From NCBI GenBank assembly GCA_024346625.1, contig AP024666.1:248001-312000 (forward strand): 64,000 nucleotides of DNA, given 5' to 3'. This DNA is from Williopsis jadinii (taxonomy: Eukaryota). Below are positions 1-9,563 of this stretch, piece after piece (the stretch's first letter is position 1; each line of letters opens with the position of its first letter). The position numbers and the translations under genes were made by a program. The notes under the pieces were generated by a model. The model had not been told where the DNA came from and made no database searches. It saw nothing but the letters and a program-made list of their open reading frames with translations.

Positions 1-439
1 CGTGTGGAGCCCTGTTGAAGTTGGACAGGCCGATAGGTATTCGCTGGGGAGGGACTTCACGCTCGTGGAGGCCAACGGTGTGCTGACGGTCTGGGGGAAC
101 CAGAGGTTCCCTCAAGTACCCACACAGGCCAAGGAGTTCCAGGCCATGTGGTCATCGGTCCACTACATCGATCAACAGGGCCATATTCAGTCCATGGGCA
201 ACAACAGCCACGGACAGCTCATCGCTGAGACGCTGACACCAGACAGGTGGTGTGTTGGAAGCGAGCACGGGCTCATGGTGATCAGCGGCGAGCTGAGGGC
301 ATGGGGCTGGGGAGAACATGGCAACTGTGGAGATCACGCCAACGGCACCCTACTGCTCCCACAAGGTGGTGGTGGTGGTGATATCTACGTGATCCACTGT
401 GGATGTGCAACAACGTGGGTCGTATTAAAGCATAGCTAA
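1..439 (+). CDS. ATS1: RCC1-repeat protein Ats1/Kti13, 3' part only (5' end outside window)
   Basis: ORF open from the window edge to TAA at 437-439; motifs GSEHG, AWGWGEHGNCG and C-terminal CGCATTWVV typical of Ats1/Kti13. Confidence 0.8.
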   Translation, partial: VWSPVEVGQADRYSLGRDFTLVEANGVLTVWGNQRFPQVPTQAKEFQAMWSSVHYIDQQGHIQSMGNNSHGQLIAETLTPDRWCVGSEHGLMVISGELRAWGWGEHGNCGDHANGTLLLPQGGGGGDIYVIHCGCATTWVVLKHS

Positions 440-536
440 AAACAAAATGTCCTGAAGTATCTTTCCCAAGTGTAACATATTCTATAGAAGCACCAAAACG
501 AGCTAATCTAGATACAAGAAATGAGAAATATGTAAA

Positions 537-760
537 GACTTCAGCGTTCAATCTTGGGTGGTAGTATCAACTCCATACCATGCACAGACAAAGCGCCTAT
601 GTATACGGAGTTTTCTTTTGATCACACCCAGAGTCTCACGGACACTGGGCGCCTGAAACCTTTCAGAACTGCTTTCCGAGCAACGCTGTCTCTCTCATCG
701 AGCAATGCCGCCACGCTCATCGAGCTACGCCGCCACGCTCATCGAGCTGTTGATGATGTT
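537..760 (-). ncRNA. Box C/D snoRNA, snR4-like (guide for Kre33-dependent acetylation of 18S helix 34); ends approximate
   Basis: Minus strand: C-like CGATGA (700-695, extra copies at 722-717 and 744-739), D' CTGA (666-663), C'-like TTGAT (570-566) followed by TACTACCACCCA (566-555) complementary to 18S UGGGUGGUGGUG, D box CTGA (544-541); 5' TCATCAAC (756-749) can pair with 18S GUUGGUGG. Confidence 0.65.
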
Positions 761-789
761 GTTGATGTTGATGTTGTTGTTGATGTTGA
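707..789. repeat. 22-bp tandem duplication (GCCGCCACGCTCATCGAGCT x2) followed by an imperfect (GTT/GAT)n microsatellite
   Basis: Read directly at 707-748 and 749-789. Confidence 0.9.
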
Positions 790-805
790 AATGTAAACAC
801 GCAAG

Positions 806-893
806 AAAATTTTCGTACCCGCCGGCGGCGGACGGAATATTCCAGAACAACGGTACGCGCAGCACAGCCCGCGTTTATTTAAGGGCTCATCGC
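806..893. promoter_or_regulatory. RRPE-like (GAAAATTTTC) and PAC (GCTCATCGC) motifs between the snoRNA candidate and OPI10
   Basis: gaaaattttc at ~806-814; gctcatcgc at ~885-893. Confidence 0.5.
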
Positions 894-969
894 AGCGCTG
901 CAGTTCTTAGGGCAACGGTCTACGGAGCAACAGCTCCAGTTCTCTCTTCAACTGAGCGCAATTGAGACG

Positions 970-1560
970 ATGTTTGCTTCTGTGTGCTCAGGAAGACCAG
1001 TGCAATTGGCCCAACAGGTGGACGGCAACAAGTATGCCATCAACATCCCACAAGGCTCGAAGATCTCACATGTATGCATCTTTCTACTGCCAGAGGCCCA
1101 GCTCCCAAGGGAGTACAAGGCACTGATATATTTCAAACTACCCGGCGATTCCGAGTTCAAGCTGCTGGGAAGCATCTCACAGGATAAGCAGAGTAGCATC
1201 TTCAAGCTGAAGAACAAGGACGAGGTTGACGGAGACGAGGATAGTATGATTGAGGAGATTGACGACCAGGACGTCGTGACGGTGGGGATAAGCATAGAGA
1301 CGGCGGAAGTGGCACGACAGCTGGAGGATTCACAGTCTGCGCTGGTGAAGAAGACCATCATGACACGGCCTGTGATTACCGAGCCTCTCACTACAAGCGA
1401 AAAGACACAATTGGCTGCTAAAGTTGTTAAAAACGCCTACAACTACCTATCGTCGTTCATTGACAACAACGGCAACGTGAACATCAAGTACTTTGACAGC
1501 TGGTGGAATAAGTTCCAGGCCAAGCTCAAGAACGATGATAAGTTTTTAGACTCCGATTGA
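970..1560 (+). CDS. OPI10: Opi10/Hikeshi-like (DUF775) protein
   Basis: MFASVCSGRP, SHVCIFLLP, GSISQDKQSSIFK, GISIE, NAYNYLSSF, FDSWWNKFQAKL. Confidence 0.9.
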   Translation: MFASVCSGRPVQLAQQVDGNKYAINIPQGSKISHVCIFLLPEAQLPREYKALIYFKLPGDSEFKLLGSISQDKQSSIFKLKNKDEVDGDEDSMIEEIDDQDVVTVGISIETAEVARQLEDSQSALVKKTIMTRPVITEPLTTSEKTQLAAKVVKNAYNYLSSFIDNNGNVNIKYFDSWWNKFQAKLKNDDKFLDSD

Positions 1561-3013
1561 TCTTGAAAAGGACAAGTGCAACCAGAAACAACCCACAGAC
1601 ACCAAGGAATGTTGTATAGATGAATCCAACGTGGAAATTCGGTGCATCTCTTTGGTTGAAGGTTAGCATTGGCACCCAAACGCTGGTGAAATAGGCCGAC
1701 GTATTGGTCACAACGATGACAAAGTTACGTTGTAAGTCGTCATGTGATAGTATACCGTTAATCCACGAAAATATAACAGGCTGTCCAATACTATGTGTTA
1801 TTCCAAAGAGGTAATAGGCCATCCAGTGTAACTTCAAAGGCGCTTGCCATACGCTCAAGATTACACCACTGATTATCGTACACAGGAACATTGTACTAAG
1901 AAAAAAAGCGTGCAATTGGCCCCAGTCGTTGAGCTTAGCAACTATGAGGGCAAAGATGATGCTTAGGGCACTGATGACTGACGGATACAGGTTGTAGTAC
2001 GATGAATCCAGCCCAAGATCAATTTTCATCCACAACTGGAATGACTGTGATGTAATTAACTCTCCAGAGTTGTTGAAGCACAAGAATACCAAGGGGAACA
2101 CATAGATGTACCATTGGTCCTTGAAGAATGTTTTCAATTTGGGCCATGAAAGTTCCTCTTTCTCCAATTGTGCACCACTGAGTCGTCTTCTTTCCAAGCC
2201 AACAAGTTTATCCAATCTGTTGAAGTAGAACACCTCTGTGGTTGAAGGTGTACCTGGGATCATGAAATATGTATACAGTGCCACTGGTATTGACAGGAAA
2301 CAGTCGATGCAAAACATCCATTGGAAAGGAACAAGAGAAGTACTGGACCAGTCCATCTTCAGGATCAACTGCTGTAAGGGACCACTGATAAGGCCCGCAA
2401 GTGAACCTGAACAGCTGAAAAGGGTTGATCTTTTGGTCAGTTCACCTTTGGAATACCAACACCCCAGCAGATACTCCATTCCTGGGAAATACCCACTCTC
2501 AGTTACGCCAATGAGAAATCTCAAGAGGTATAGAGACTTGATGTCCTGAACAAAGACACAGCACAGTGTTAACAAAGCCCATGTCAGCTCTAAAATGCAA
2601 AAATAACAGCTGGCGTTCACTCGATGTAAGATCAACTGTGAAGGGATCTGTCCAATGACATACCCAACTGTCCATAGAGAGATCAATTTGTTATAGTCGT
2701 TACCCTCCATTCCGTAGTACTCTTTCATACCGTTGACGTATGCAGTCCCAATATTACTCTGGTTGAGCGTCTTGATGAAGTAACCAAGACAGGCAGAGCT
2801 TAGCAGGAAAGTATCCAACTTGACGAGGAACTTCCTTTCTAGCACTGGCCTATCGATGGTATCCCATAGGAAGGCCTGGATCTTGTATGACCATGTGTCT
2901 TGTGGTGGTGGGGATTCTCCCAGGTCTATAAAGCATTCATCTAGTGCGAGTAGCGAGCTACCTTCGCTGTGCAATCGCTCAGTTCTAACGTGGATACCTG
3001 ATTTTTTATCCAT
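1526..3013 (-). CDS. MFS transporter of the allantoate permease (DAL/ACS) family, Fen2/Seo1-like; probable start at 3013 (alternative 3064)
   Basis: YFIKTLNQSNIGTAYVNGMKE, RFLIGVTESGYFPG, LGCWYSKGELTKR, about 12 hydrophobic segments. Confidence 0.85.
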   Translation of the reverse strand: MDKKSGIHVRTERLHSEGSSLLALDECFIDLGESPPPQDTWSYKIQAFLWDTIDRPVLERKFLVKLDTFLLSSACLGYFIKTLNQSNIGTAYVNGMKEYYGMEGNDYNKLISLWTVGYVIGQIPSQLILHRVNASCYFCILELTWALLTLCCVFVQDIKSLYLLRFLIGVTESGYFPGMEYLLGCWYSKGELTKRSTLFSCSGSLAGLISGPLQQLILKMDWSSTSLVPFQWMFCIDCFLSIPVALYTYFMIPGTPSTTEVFYFNRLDKLVGLERRRLSGAQLEKEELSWPKLKTFFKDQWYIYVFPLVFLCFNNSGELITSQSFQLWMKIDLGLDSSYYNLYPSVISALSIIFALIVAKLNDWGQLHAFFLSTMFLCTIISGVILSVWQAPLKLHWMAYYLFGITHSIGQPVIFSWINGILSHDDLQRNFVIVVTNTSAYFTSVWVPMLTFNQRDAPNFHVGFIYTTFLGVCGLFLVALVLFKINRSLKTYHRS

Positions 3014-3355
3014 TGGCCAACTACAGAATGTAATGATATAACTACGTGTATTGATAAGATTCATTTCTACTTTTATGATCCGCTTTCCTCAGTCTTTCCC
3101 CTTTAAATCAGTTCCATTACGTTTGAGACGCCATAGTTTGGTGATGCAGTCGGGAACATTTCCAGAAAGGGCATCTGAACGGAAGACAGCTCATGATGTA
3201 AATATAAGCCTCCAATTAAGGTGGATCTAGCGTAGTCCATCCAGTGAATACAAGTACAAGTGGTGTTACACTATTCCAGGGATGAATGAATTGGCATACT
3301 AACTCTTGGATCAAACAAGAAGCACGCATTTTGACGAAGCCGTCTCTAGATATAC

Positions 3356-4462
3356 TCACAGTTCATCAAAGGCCTTCCTCAATGCCAGCCGGTTACCAAA
3401 GACCTCGTGTCTGGCCTCCAACAATTTGGTTCTGAATGGATCCGACTTTTGTCTCTTATCCACCTGTTCCAGGATCCAATTGACAAACTCTGATGATGCC
3501 TTAAGGGCATTATTGCCACGTTTTAAAGAACAGGCTGCATCGAACAGTGACTCCAGAGCATATTGGTTGAAACTCTTGGTAGTCAACATATCCTCCAAGG
3601 TCTTGAATAGGGCCTCATCGTAACGATGGTTCGTCACATCCTCAAATATGTTTAGCACCCTTAGCTGTGCATCCTCTTGTAGATGAGGCAACTGGGCCAG
3701 TAATTTTGTGAAGTACCCAGCATTGTCAAATATCTTAGCATTGGCTTCATCTTCAACAACCAGGGCTGATATCACACCGAGGATTCTCTTCTGGATGAAG
3801 TTATTAGAATTCTCCAAGTCCTCGAACAACACCGGAAGCACTTCTACAACATTGACCTTCTCGACGGCCTCCTTGTTGTGTCTGAGACACTGTGCAATGA
3901 CTCTCAGCGACAAGTCCCGTACAGTCACATTCTCGTCGCGTGTCAACTTGAGGAGCTCATCAAAGGCTCTTTCAACTATTGATATTCCCTCCTTCAGCCC
4001 ATGGGACTGGTCCACCAAGGTCTCTAAATGTTGGACTAGCTCAGCCCTCTTCCCACTTAAAACGTACTGTAAGGTTTCATCCAGTTCCAGATGGCCAGTG
4101 GACACTTCCAGTGACCTCTTCATCTTGTCGATGTGGCCTTGGTCTTCGTCATCAGCTTCGTTCTCCACAGCTTCGTTCTCCGCAGCTTCGCCCTCCTCAG
4201 CTGTGTCTTTGCCAATGGTGACTTTGGCCAAGGGCCTCTTCTCGTTCATTGGAATGGCAACGATATCCTGGTTCTGAGCGTTCGTGTCATCCGACAGCTT
4301 GGCCCACTTATCACCAGTCTGAAGATCCATCCTTATGTCAAGGCCTCTAGGTAAAGCTTCTCCCTCAGGGACTAACTGCCAATGATCAGTCGGTACGAAC
4401 AGCTCGAATGAAGGCGACACGAACGATGCTAACACAACAAGCTTCAGAGGTTCAATGTACAT
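3356..4462 (-). CDS. SIL1: ER Hsp70 (Kar2) nucleotide exchange factor Sil1
   Basis: FVPTDHWQ...LPRGLDIRMDLQTGDKWAKL, ARM-like body, RHEVFGN, C-terminal ER-retention-like FDEL; first ATG at 4462 precedes a short hydrophobic stretch. Confidence 0.9.
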   Translation of the reverse strand: MYIEPLKLVVLASFVSPSFELFVPTDHWQLVPEGEALPRGLDIRMDLQTGDKWAKLSDDTNAQNQDIVAIPMNEKRPLAKVTIGKDTAEEGEAAENEAVENEADDEDQGHIDKMKRSLEVSTGHLELDETLQYVLSGKRAELVQHLETLVDQSHGLKEGISIVERAFDELLKLTRDENVTVRDLSLRVIAQCLRHNKEAVEKVNVVEVLPVLFEDLENSNNFIQKRILGVISALVVEDEANAKIFDNAGYFTKLLAQLPHLQEDAQLRVLNIFEDVTNHRYDEALFKTLEDMLTTKSFNQYALESLFDAACSLKRGNNALKASSEFVNWILEQVDKRQKSDPFRTKLLEARHEVFGNRLALRKAFDEL

Positions 4463-4727
4463 AGAAGTCGTCTCGCTGCTTAAAGGGTTGATTTCGCCAA
4501 TGCTCCTTGAATTCTCTATCAGGCTCACCTCTTCTACCTCTCTCTCCTCCCCTGTGTACAGTGCGATGTGATGGTGATGTACCAACACGCGCCAGCCTTT
4601 GGGTTGGGCTGCTACGTGGTTCGAGTGGCCTGGCGAAAACAGCGTACTGAAGCTACACGAAGCTACGCCTACAAAACAGGTCTATCGGGTCCAATTGAGC
4701 CAATTACACAGTGGTACGTACCTATGC

Positions 4728-5999
4728 TCACTTTGCATCTCTCATCTTCTTGAACTCTGTAGATCTTTTGGTGTGTCTTGGTTTTTTGACCCTTCCTTTA
4801 CCGTTCTTTATACCGGTAACACGGTCACCTTTCTTGGCCCTGGTGCCCTCGATGATCTTACCGGCCTGGGATCTATCAGCTTTACCGAGGACCCTCTTAG
4901 CCCTTCCTAAGCGGGTCTTCTGATCGTCCGTGAGGTTCTTTGCTGCGTTGAGGGACTTGTGCAATGACTGTTGTGGTCTCATTCTCTTAGATCTCGTTAT
5001 TCTCAGTTGACGTTTCTTCGAGCCGAGCTTCTTGCCGTTTAACAGCAGAGCCCTGTCCACGGTGACGGAGTCCTTGAATTGGACATACCCGAAGCCTTTG
5101 CCAAAGTTTGTCTTGGAGTCACGTACGATTCTAACGGACTCAATATCACCGCACTCACCAAAGATCTTCCAGAGTTCCTCCTCGGTCTCTTCAAAGTCCA
5201 AGTTACCAACAAAGATACATCTCTTGTTGTCCACCTTAGCCGGATGAGATACAGAGTCGACTCTCAAATGCAACCCCAGGAGCTGCGAACCGTTCAGGTC
5301 CAATGCCTTTCTTGCGCTTGCCTTGTCCTTGAAGACAACGTATGCGTTCACGGAATCACGAGTCGAGTTCAAGCTCTGCTTGACAAACGCAGCCTTTCTC
5401 GGAAGTGGTTCACTGAATGCAATTGATCTGAATCTGATGGATTCAACTGGGCCATGCTGGACGAACAGTTTCTTGAACGCCTTGTAGTCGGCTTTCTTGG
5501 TGATTGTGGTGACGTTGAGGTTACCTACAAACACCGTACGCTCAGCCTTCTCCACCTCTTCTTGCTTCAAATCAAGCGTCTTTGCAGAAGAAACCTTGAC
5601 CTTTGCTTCAGGCGCCTCAATTTCAGAGTCAGAGTCAGAGTCGGAATCACCAGAGTCCTCCTTAGTGGCCTCCTCCTCTGCAGGCTCATCATTGTCAAGA
5701 ATCTTTTCGAGATATCTGGCTTCGAGATCCGCATTCTCATCGTCATCACCACCACGCTTCTTCTTCTGCTTCTTCAATGGCGTTAGCGCCTCGGCGTCCT
5801 CGTCCTCCTGCTCCTTATCCCCCTCCTCTCTGGTCTCACCGCCGTCAACCGACGTATCATCCTGCTTCTTTGGAGTCACCTTGATGGTGGTTCTCTGGGT
5901 AATGGTTCTCTTAACAGGACCGGCAGCGGAGTCGTTGAACAGACCGACCAACGCCTGATCCTTCTTAGCAGCACTGAACAGGTTACCTACACCAGCCAT
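4728..5999 (-). CDS. NOP12: Nucleolar two-RRM protein Nop12
   Basis: ERTVFVGNL, VESIRFRSIAF, CIFVGNLDFEE, GKGFGYVQF, IEGTRAKK; ATG at 5999. Confidence 0.92.
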   Translation of the reverse strand: MAGVGNLFSAAKKDQALVGLFNDSAAGPVKRTITQRTTIKVTPKKQDDTSVDGGETREEGDKEQEDEDAEALTPLKKQKKKRGGDDDENADLEARYLEKILDNDEPAEEEATKEDSGDSDSDSDSEIEAPEAKVKVSSAKTLDLKQEEVEKAERTVFVGNLNVTTITKKADYKAFKKLFVQHGPVESIRFRSIAFSEPLPRKAAFVKQSLNSTRDSVNAYVVFKDKASARKALDLNGSQLLGLHLRVDSVSHPAKVDNKRCIFVGNLDFEETEEELWKIFGECGDIESVRIVRDSKTNFGKGFGYVQFKDSVTVDRALLLNGKKLGSKKRQLRITRSKRMRPQQSLHKSLNAAKNLTDDQKTRLGRAKRVLGKADRSQAGKIIEGTRAKKGDRVTGIKNGKGRVKKPRHTKRSTEFKKMRDAK

Positions 6000-6736
6000 G
6001 ACGATAACACCTACTCTTCCCAACCATCTAAACAATACAAAGCATTCTTCCCTCTTCATCCACACAGAAAATCCCACAGAGCTCATCTCGCGTGCTGCGC
6101 CTACCAGGAAAAAACTTTCGTAGTGCGCATAACAAAACACGGTACTTCCGCGAGCTCATAACCCATTTCCCAATGCGGAAATGACACATTATCTGAAAGG
6201 GAGGGTAATCGCCAGCAGACTCGAATGAGTGTGTGGGCCTTGGGGCCTTCCCGTGGGCCCAATTTAGGGAAATTTGGAAACGATTCTCTGCTTTGAAAGG
6301 TTTTACTGTTGTAATTGGATCATCGCAAGGACCGTCATAGCCCAGAGGGAAGCTCTATTATATCCAGTCAGTGATAACGATCTCATCGCTCGGTCTGGGT
6401 TTGCTCCTCGGTATTGTTTGTTATTGAAAGAAGAACGGTATACGCTCACTGGGGCCAGCTTTGTACCATTGGGCCATATATCATCACCACAACAAAGGGA
6501 GCCGCTGGTTTGATTCTTGTTCTCCTTTGATTAAAGGGCAGTGCAGCGAGAGGTAGACCGAGAGGGACACAGAGTAGCCTTGGAACAGGTACAGGATTGC
6601 GTGCTTTGTTGGCTTGATCAGATATAACAGGACGGCAGAAAGTAACCGTTCAGCAGGACTGATACTTATTGCGCTATACAGATGACGGATATCGAGCACG
6701 GTCGACAGAGTGAGTACTTGGCCACAGCGTTAATTC

Positions 6737-8275
6737 ATGCCGAACCACACTAACATCGAAACAGACTCAACCACGTTGACTGACACAGGAAAGACTTCAC
6801 CACTCACAGACCTCAGCTCTTCTTCTCCTTCGAATCAGGAGAACACTGCCGGCAGCAACAACAACACTGGAGTTTCCCCGTCACAGGTGAATGAGAAACG
6901 TGCCAAATCGATAGCATCGGACGTTAGCTCAGAACTAAGTGATTTAGACTCAGAGGCAGAAACTGAGAAGATGGAGAGCGGGCAGGAGTCGCAGTTGCTC
7001 AAATTGAGCAAGGCGCACGGGCTGAGAGACGGTGACGAGAGGGAGCAGAAGGACGATACAGAAGAGGCTGATGACACAATACGCCATGACGAGACAATGG
7101 ATAACACGCTGATTAAGGAAGAAGTATCGATCGAGTTACAGAAGGATAAGGAGAGTAACCTGGAAGTGGATCACTCTTCGGAGGAATTTGCAAAAGTTGT
7201 CCATGAAATACGCAAGAGCCAGGAATTAGAAGACGCCAAGGAAGAGAACAAACAAGAGAACACACAGAATGGTAACGACACCAGTGTTAATGGTGATCAC
7301 GAGGAGGATTCAAGTGACCTGAAGGGAATTAAGGATGAGGCCAATGGCACTGAAAATGGTTCCGTGGAGGATGTTGTCCCTGAAGTTACTAATGACACAG
7401 TTCCTGAGTCTCTTCCTAATGGCAAAAGAAAACTTGAGGAGGAGAATGAACTTGAAGAGCCAGCTGAGGAGAATCTAGAGAGCTTGAAAAGACGTAAGAC
7501 TGGCGACGACACCCATACAGAATCAGTAGTGGAAGAAATAGATGGTGCGAGAACTGTTGAACAAGAAGCTACCAATGAAAGTGACGAAGATATAGGTGAT
7601 CAAGAAGATGAGGAGGAGGAAGATGAGGAGGAGGAGGAGGAAGTACTCACAGAAGAACAAAAGCGTCAAAAACAGAAGGAGGAAGAGGAGGAGCTTGAGA
7701 AACAGAGGCAACGCAAAGAGGCGCTTCAAGAGCTCACCACAATTGAGATTGAATTTGCCAAGCTGAGGGATCGTCTATACGAAGATAAGATGTCTCGCTT
7801 CAAGTCTGAATTGGAGATGTGCCTCAACGGTTCGCATCCAGAATTGCAAACAGTGTATACAAAGATTGATGCCCACAGGGAGGAGAAAATACGACTTGCC
7901 TCACTAACGCAAAAGTACGAGTTGGAATGCATAGATAGAAAGACTAAGGCTCAGAGAACCCAGATTCACCAACAGTATTACAAGCGTACATCTGATTATC
8001 GTACGAAGTACTTGAAGGATGTCATGCAGGGATGGGATGCTATCAATAAGGAGAGACGCAATATGGATCTAGAGCAGTATCCAGAGTACCAGTATAAGAT
8101 TCCTCAGTATGCAGATGAGCTTGTACGCCAGAGAACTCAATACAATAAGGAGATCAGTGTGCTTGTTGGATTGAACGATTACTATGGCTTTCCAACAGCT
8201 CCAAAGTTGGCCTCGGTACAAGGTGACGAATTGGATAACGATTTGAGGGCTATGAACATAAAGCCAAACAAATAA
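6737..8275 (+). CDS. DEP1: Rpd3L subunit Dep1 (Sds3-like)
   Basis: Acidic low-complexity N-terminus with SSELSDLDSEAETEKM; IEIEFAKLRDRLYE, EMCLNGSHPEL, GFPTAPKL. Confidence 0.85.
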   Translation: MPNHTNIETDSTTLTDTGKTSPLTDLSSSSPSNQENTAGSNNNTGVSPSQVNEKRAKSIASDVSSELSDLDSEAETEKMESGQESQLLKLSKAHGLRDGDEREQKDDTEEADDTIRHDETMDNTLIKEEVSIELQKDKESNLEVDHSSEEFAKVVHEIRKSQELEDAKEENKQENTQNGNDTSVNGDHEEDSSDLKGIKDEANGTENGSVEDVVPEVTNDTVPESLPNGKRKLEEENELEEPAEENLESLKRRKTGDDTHTESVVEEIDGARTVEQEATNESDEDIGDQEDEEEEDEEEEEEVLTEEQKRQKQKEEEEELEKQRQRKEALQELTTIEIEFAKLRDRLYEDKMSRFKSELEMCLNGSHPELQTVYTKIDAHREEKIRLASLTQKYELECIDRKTKAQRTQIHQQYYKRTSDYRTKYLKDVMQGWDAINKERRNMDLEQYPEYQYKIPQYADELVRQRTQYNKEISVLVGLNDYYGFPTAPKLASVQGDELDNDLRAMNIKPNK

Positions 8276-8450
8276 CATCCAGATTACACCGATAAAATTC
8301 CTAATTTATCAACCTGGCAATGAATTTCATGTGATATACATATACAACAAGTATCTAGTGAGGGATTTCCTCCTTGTAGCCTACAAAGTGAGAGCAATCT
8401 TTCATTAACGTTTTTTCAGTAAATATACAAACCAAACCAATGACAGTATC

Positions 8451-9205
8451 TTAACGCAATGGGATGAATCTGTTGGAAGAAACACCAGCTCTACCGTGTC
8501 TAACTGGGGTGTAAGTGATGGAGAACTCACCCAAGTAGTGACCAACCATCTCTGGCTTAATCTCAACTTGGTTGAAGGTCTTACCGTTGTAAACACCAAC
8601 GACAGAACCAATCATCTCTGGAACGACAACCATGTTTCTCAAGTGGGTCTTGACAACAGCTGGCTTCTCATTTGGCTCAGCGGCGAGCTTAGCAGCACGC
8701 AACTTCTTGATCAAACCGTATGGCTTTTGGTTCAAACCTCTTTGGAATCTTCTTCTGACACGAGCGTGGGCCAACTTAGCGAAGTCCTCGGTGGAGAGCT
8801 CCAAAAGGTCCTTGAGGTCGACACCTCTGTAAGAGAAGGCCTTGAATGATCTCTTTCTGGTAGAAGTAGCTAAGAACTGTTGTTAGTACATTTAAGCACT
8901 TAAAGAGTTTTATAGTGGTTTTCGCCAATGAGACCCAATGTTTGTTGTGAATGCTTTCAAGATGACTTCAATACTTGGGTTGTTTCAACTCCTGTAACTA
9001 CTATTCCTCCCATCGCCACGCTCTGAATGGTCTCTATACTCGTTTCACCACTCTGTTCTGCCCAGCACTCGAATACCGTTGCAGACTGTGCACTGCTCCA
9101 TGGAATAGCACATCTATCAACTGTTCATGTTCCCTCTCCTCACTCATACACTCATATCTCAATGAATAACCCCACCATCGTCTTCATTAACATACCTTCA
9201 GACAT
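8451..9205 (-). CDS. RPS15: 40S ribosomal protein uS19/S15; exon 1 9205-9196, intron 9195-8870, exon 2 8869-8451
   Basis: ATGTCTGAAG|GTATGT...TACTAAC...TTAG|CTACT gives [22 protein letters not shown]...VKTHLRNM...FIPLR. Confidence 0.95.
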
Positions 9206-9322
9206 GTTTGATATCGAGTTCTGCTGTATTCCTCTAAAACGTTGTTGGCGTTGATTTGTGTGTTTTGTCTTTTGATGTTAAATTTTCAGCGGTAGAGGCC
9301 CTCACAGCTTGTCCGCTTGGAA

Positions 9323-9466
9323 AACATCCAAACATCTCCGAGAGGATTGTGCGTGCGTTTTTCTCGAGGTTTTCGCGCAAAGGCACACAATCAGGGGAAA
9401 AAAGCAGTCACAGATTCCCACCCGGAAACCATCGCATCAAACAAGTTCTTGAGAAACCCGTACACC
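9323..9466. promoter_or_regulatory. Rap1-like sites in the divergent RPS15/RPP2 promoter
   Basis: AACATCCAAACAT (9323-9335) and AAACCCGTACACC (9454-9466) resemble the Rap1 consensus ACACCCRYACAY. Confidence 0.5.
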
Positions 9467-9563
9467 AACGCTGTCCCCAACGGTGAAAAATGTTTTGATA
9501 TTTGACGTTGGCTGGGAGGCTACCGTTGATAGCTTTTGAAGAATTTGAATCCATATACACAAA

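Noticed and set aside
554..965. Small ORFs 554-796 and 705-965
   Set aside because: Non-ATG start or low-complexity translation of the repeat; the region is better explained by the minus-strand snoRNA and promoter motifs
3356..6140. ORF-track N-terminal extensions (SIL1 to 4588, NOP12 to 6140; likewise DID4, PRB1, NSA1 and CYS3)
   Set aside because: They mostly begin at GTG/TTG or run through promoter motifs; the downstream ATGs fit the known protein starts better
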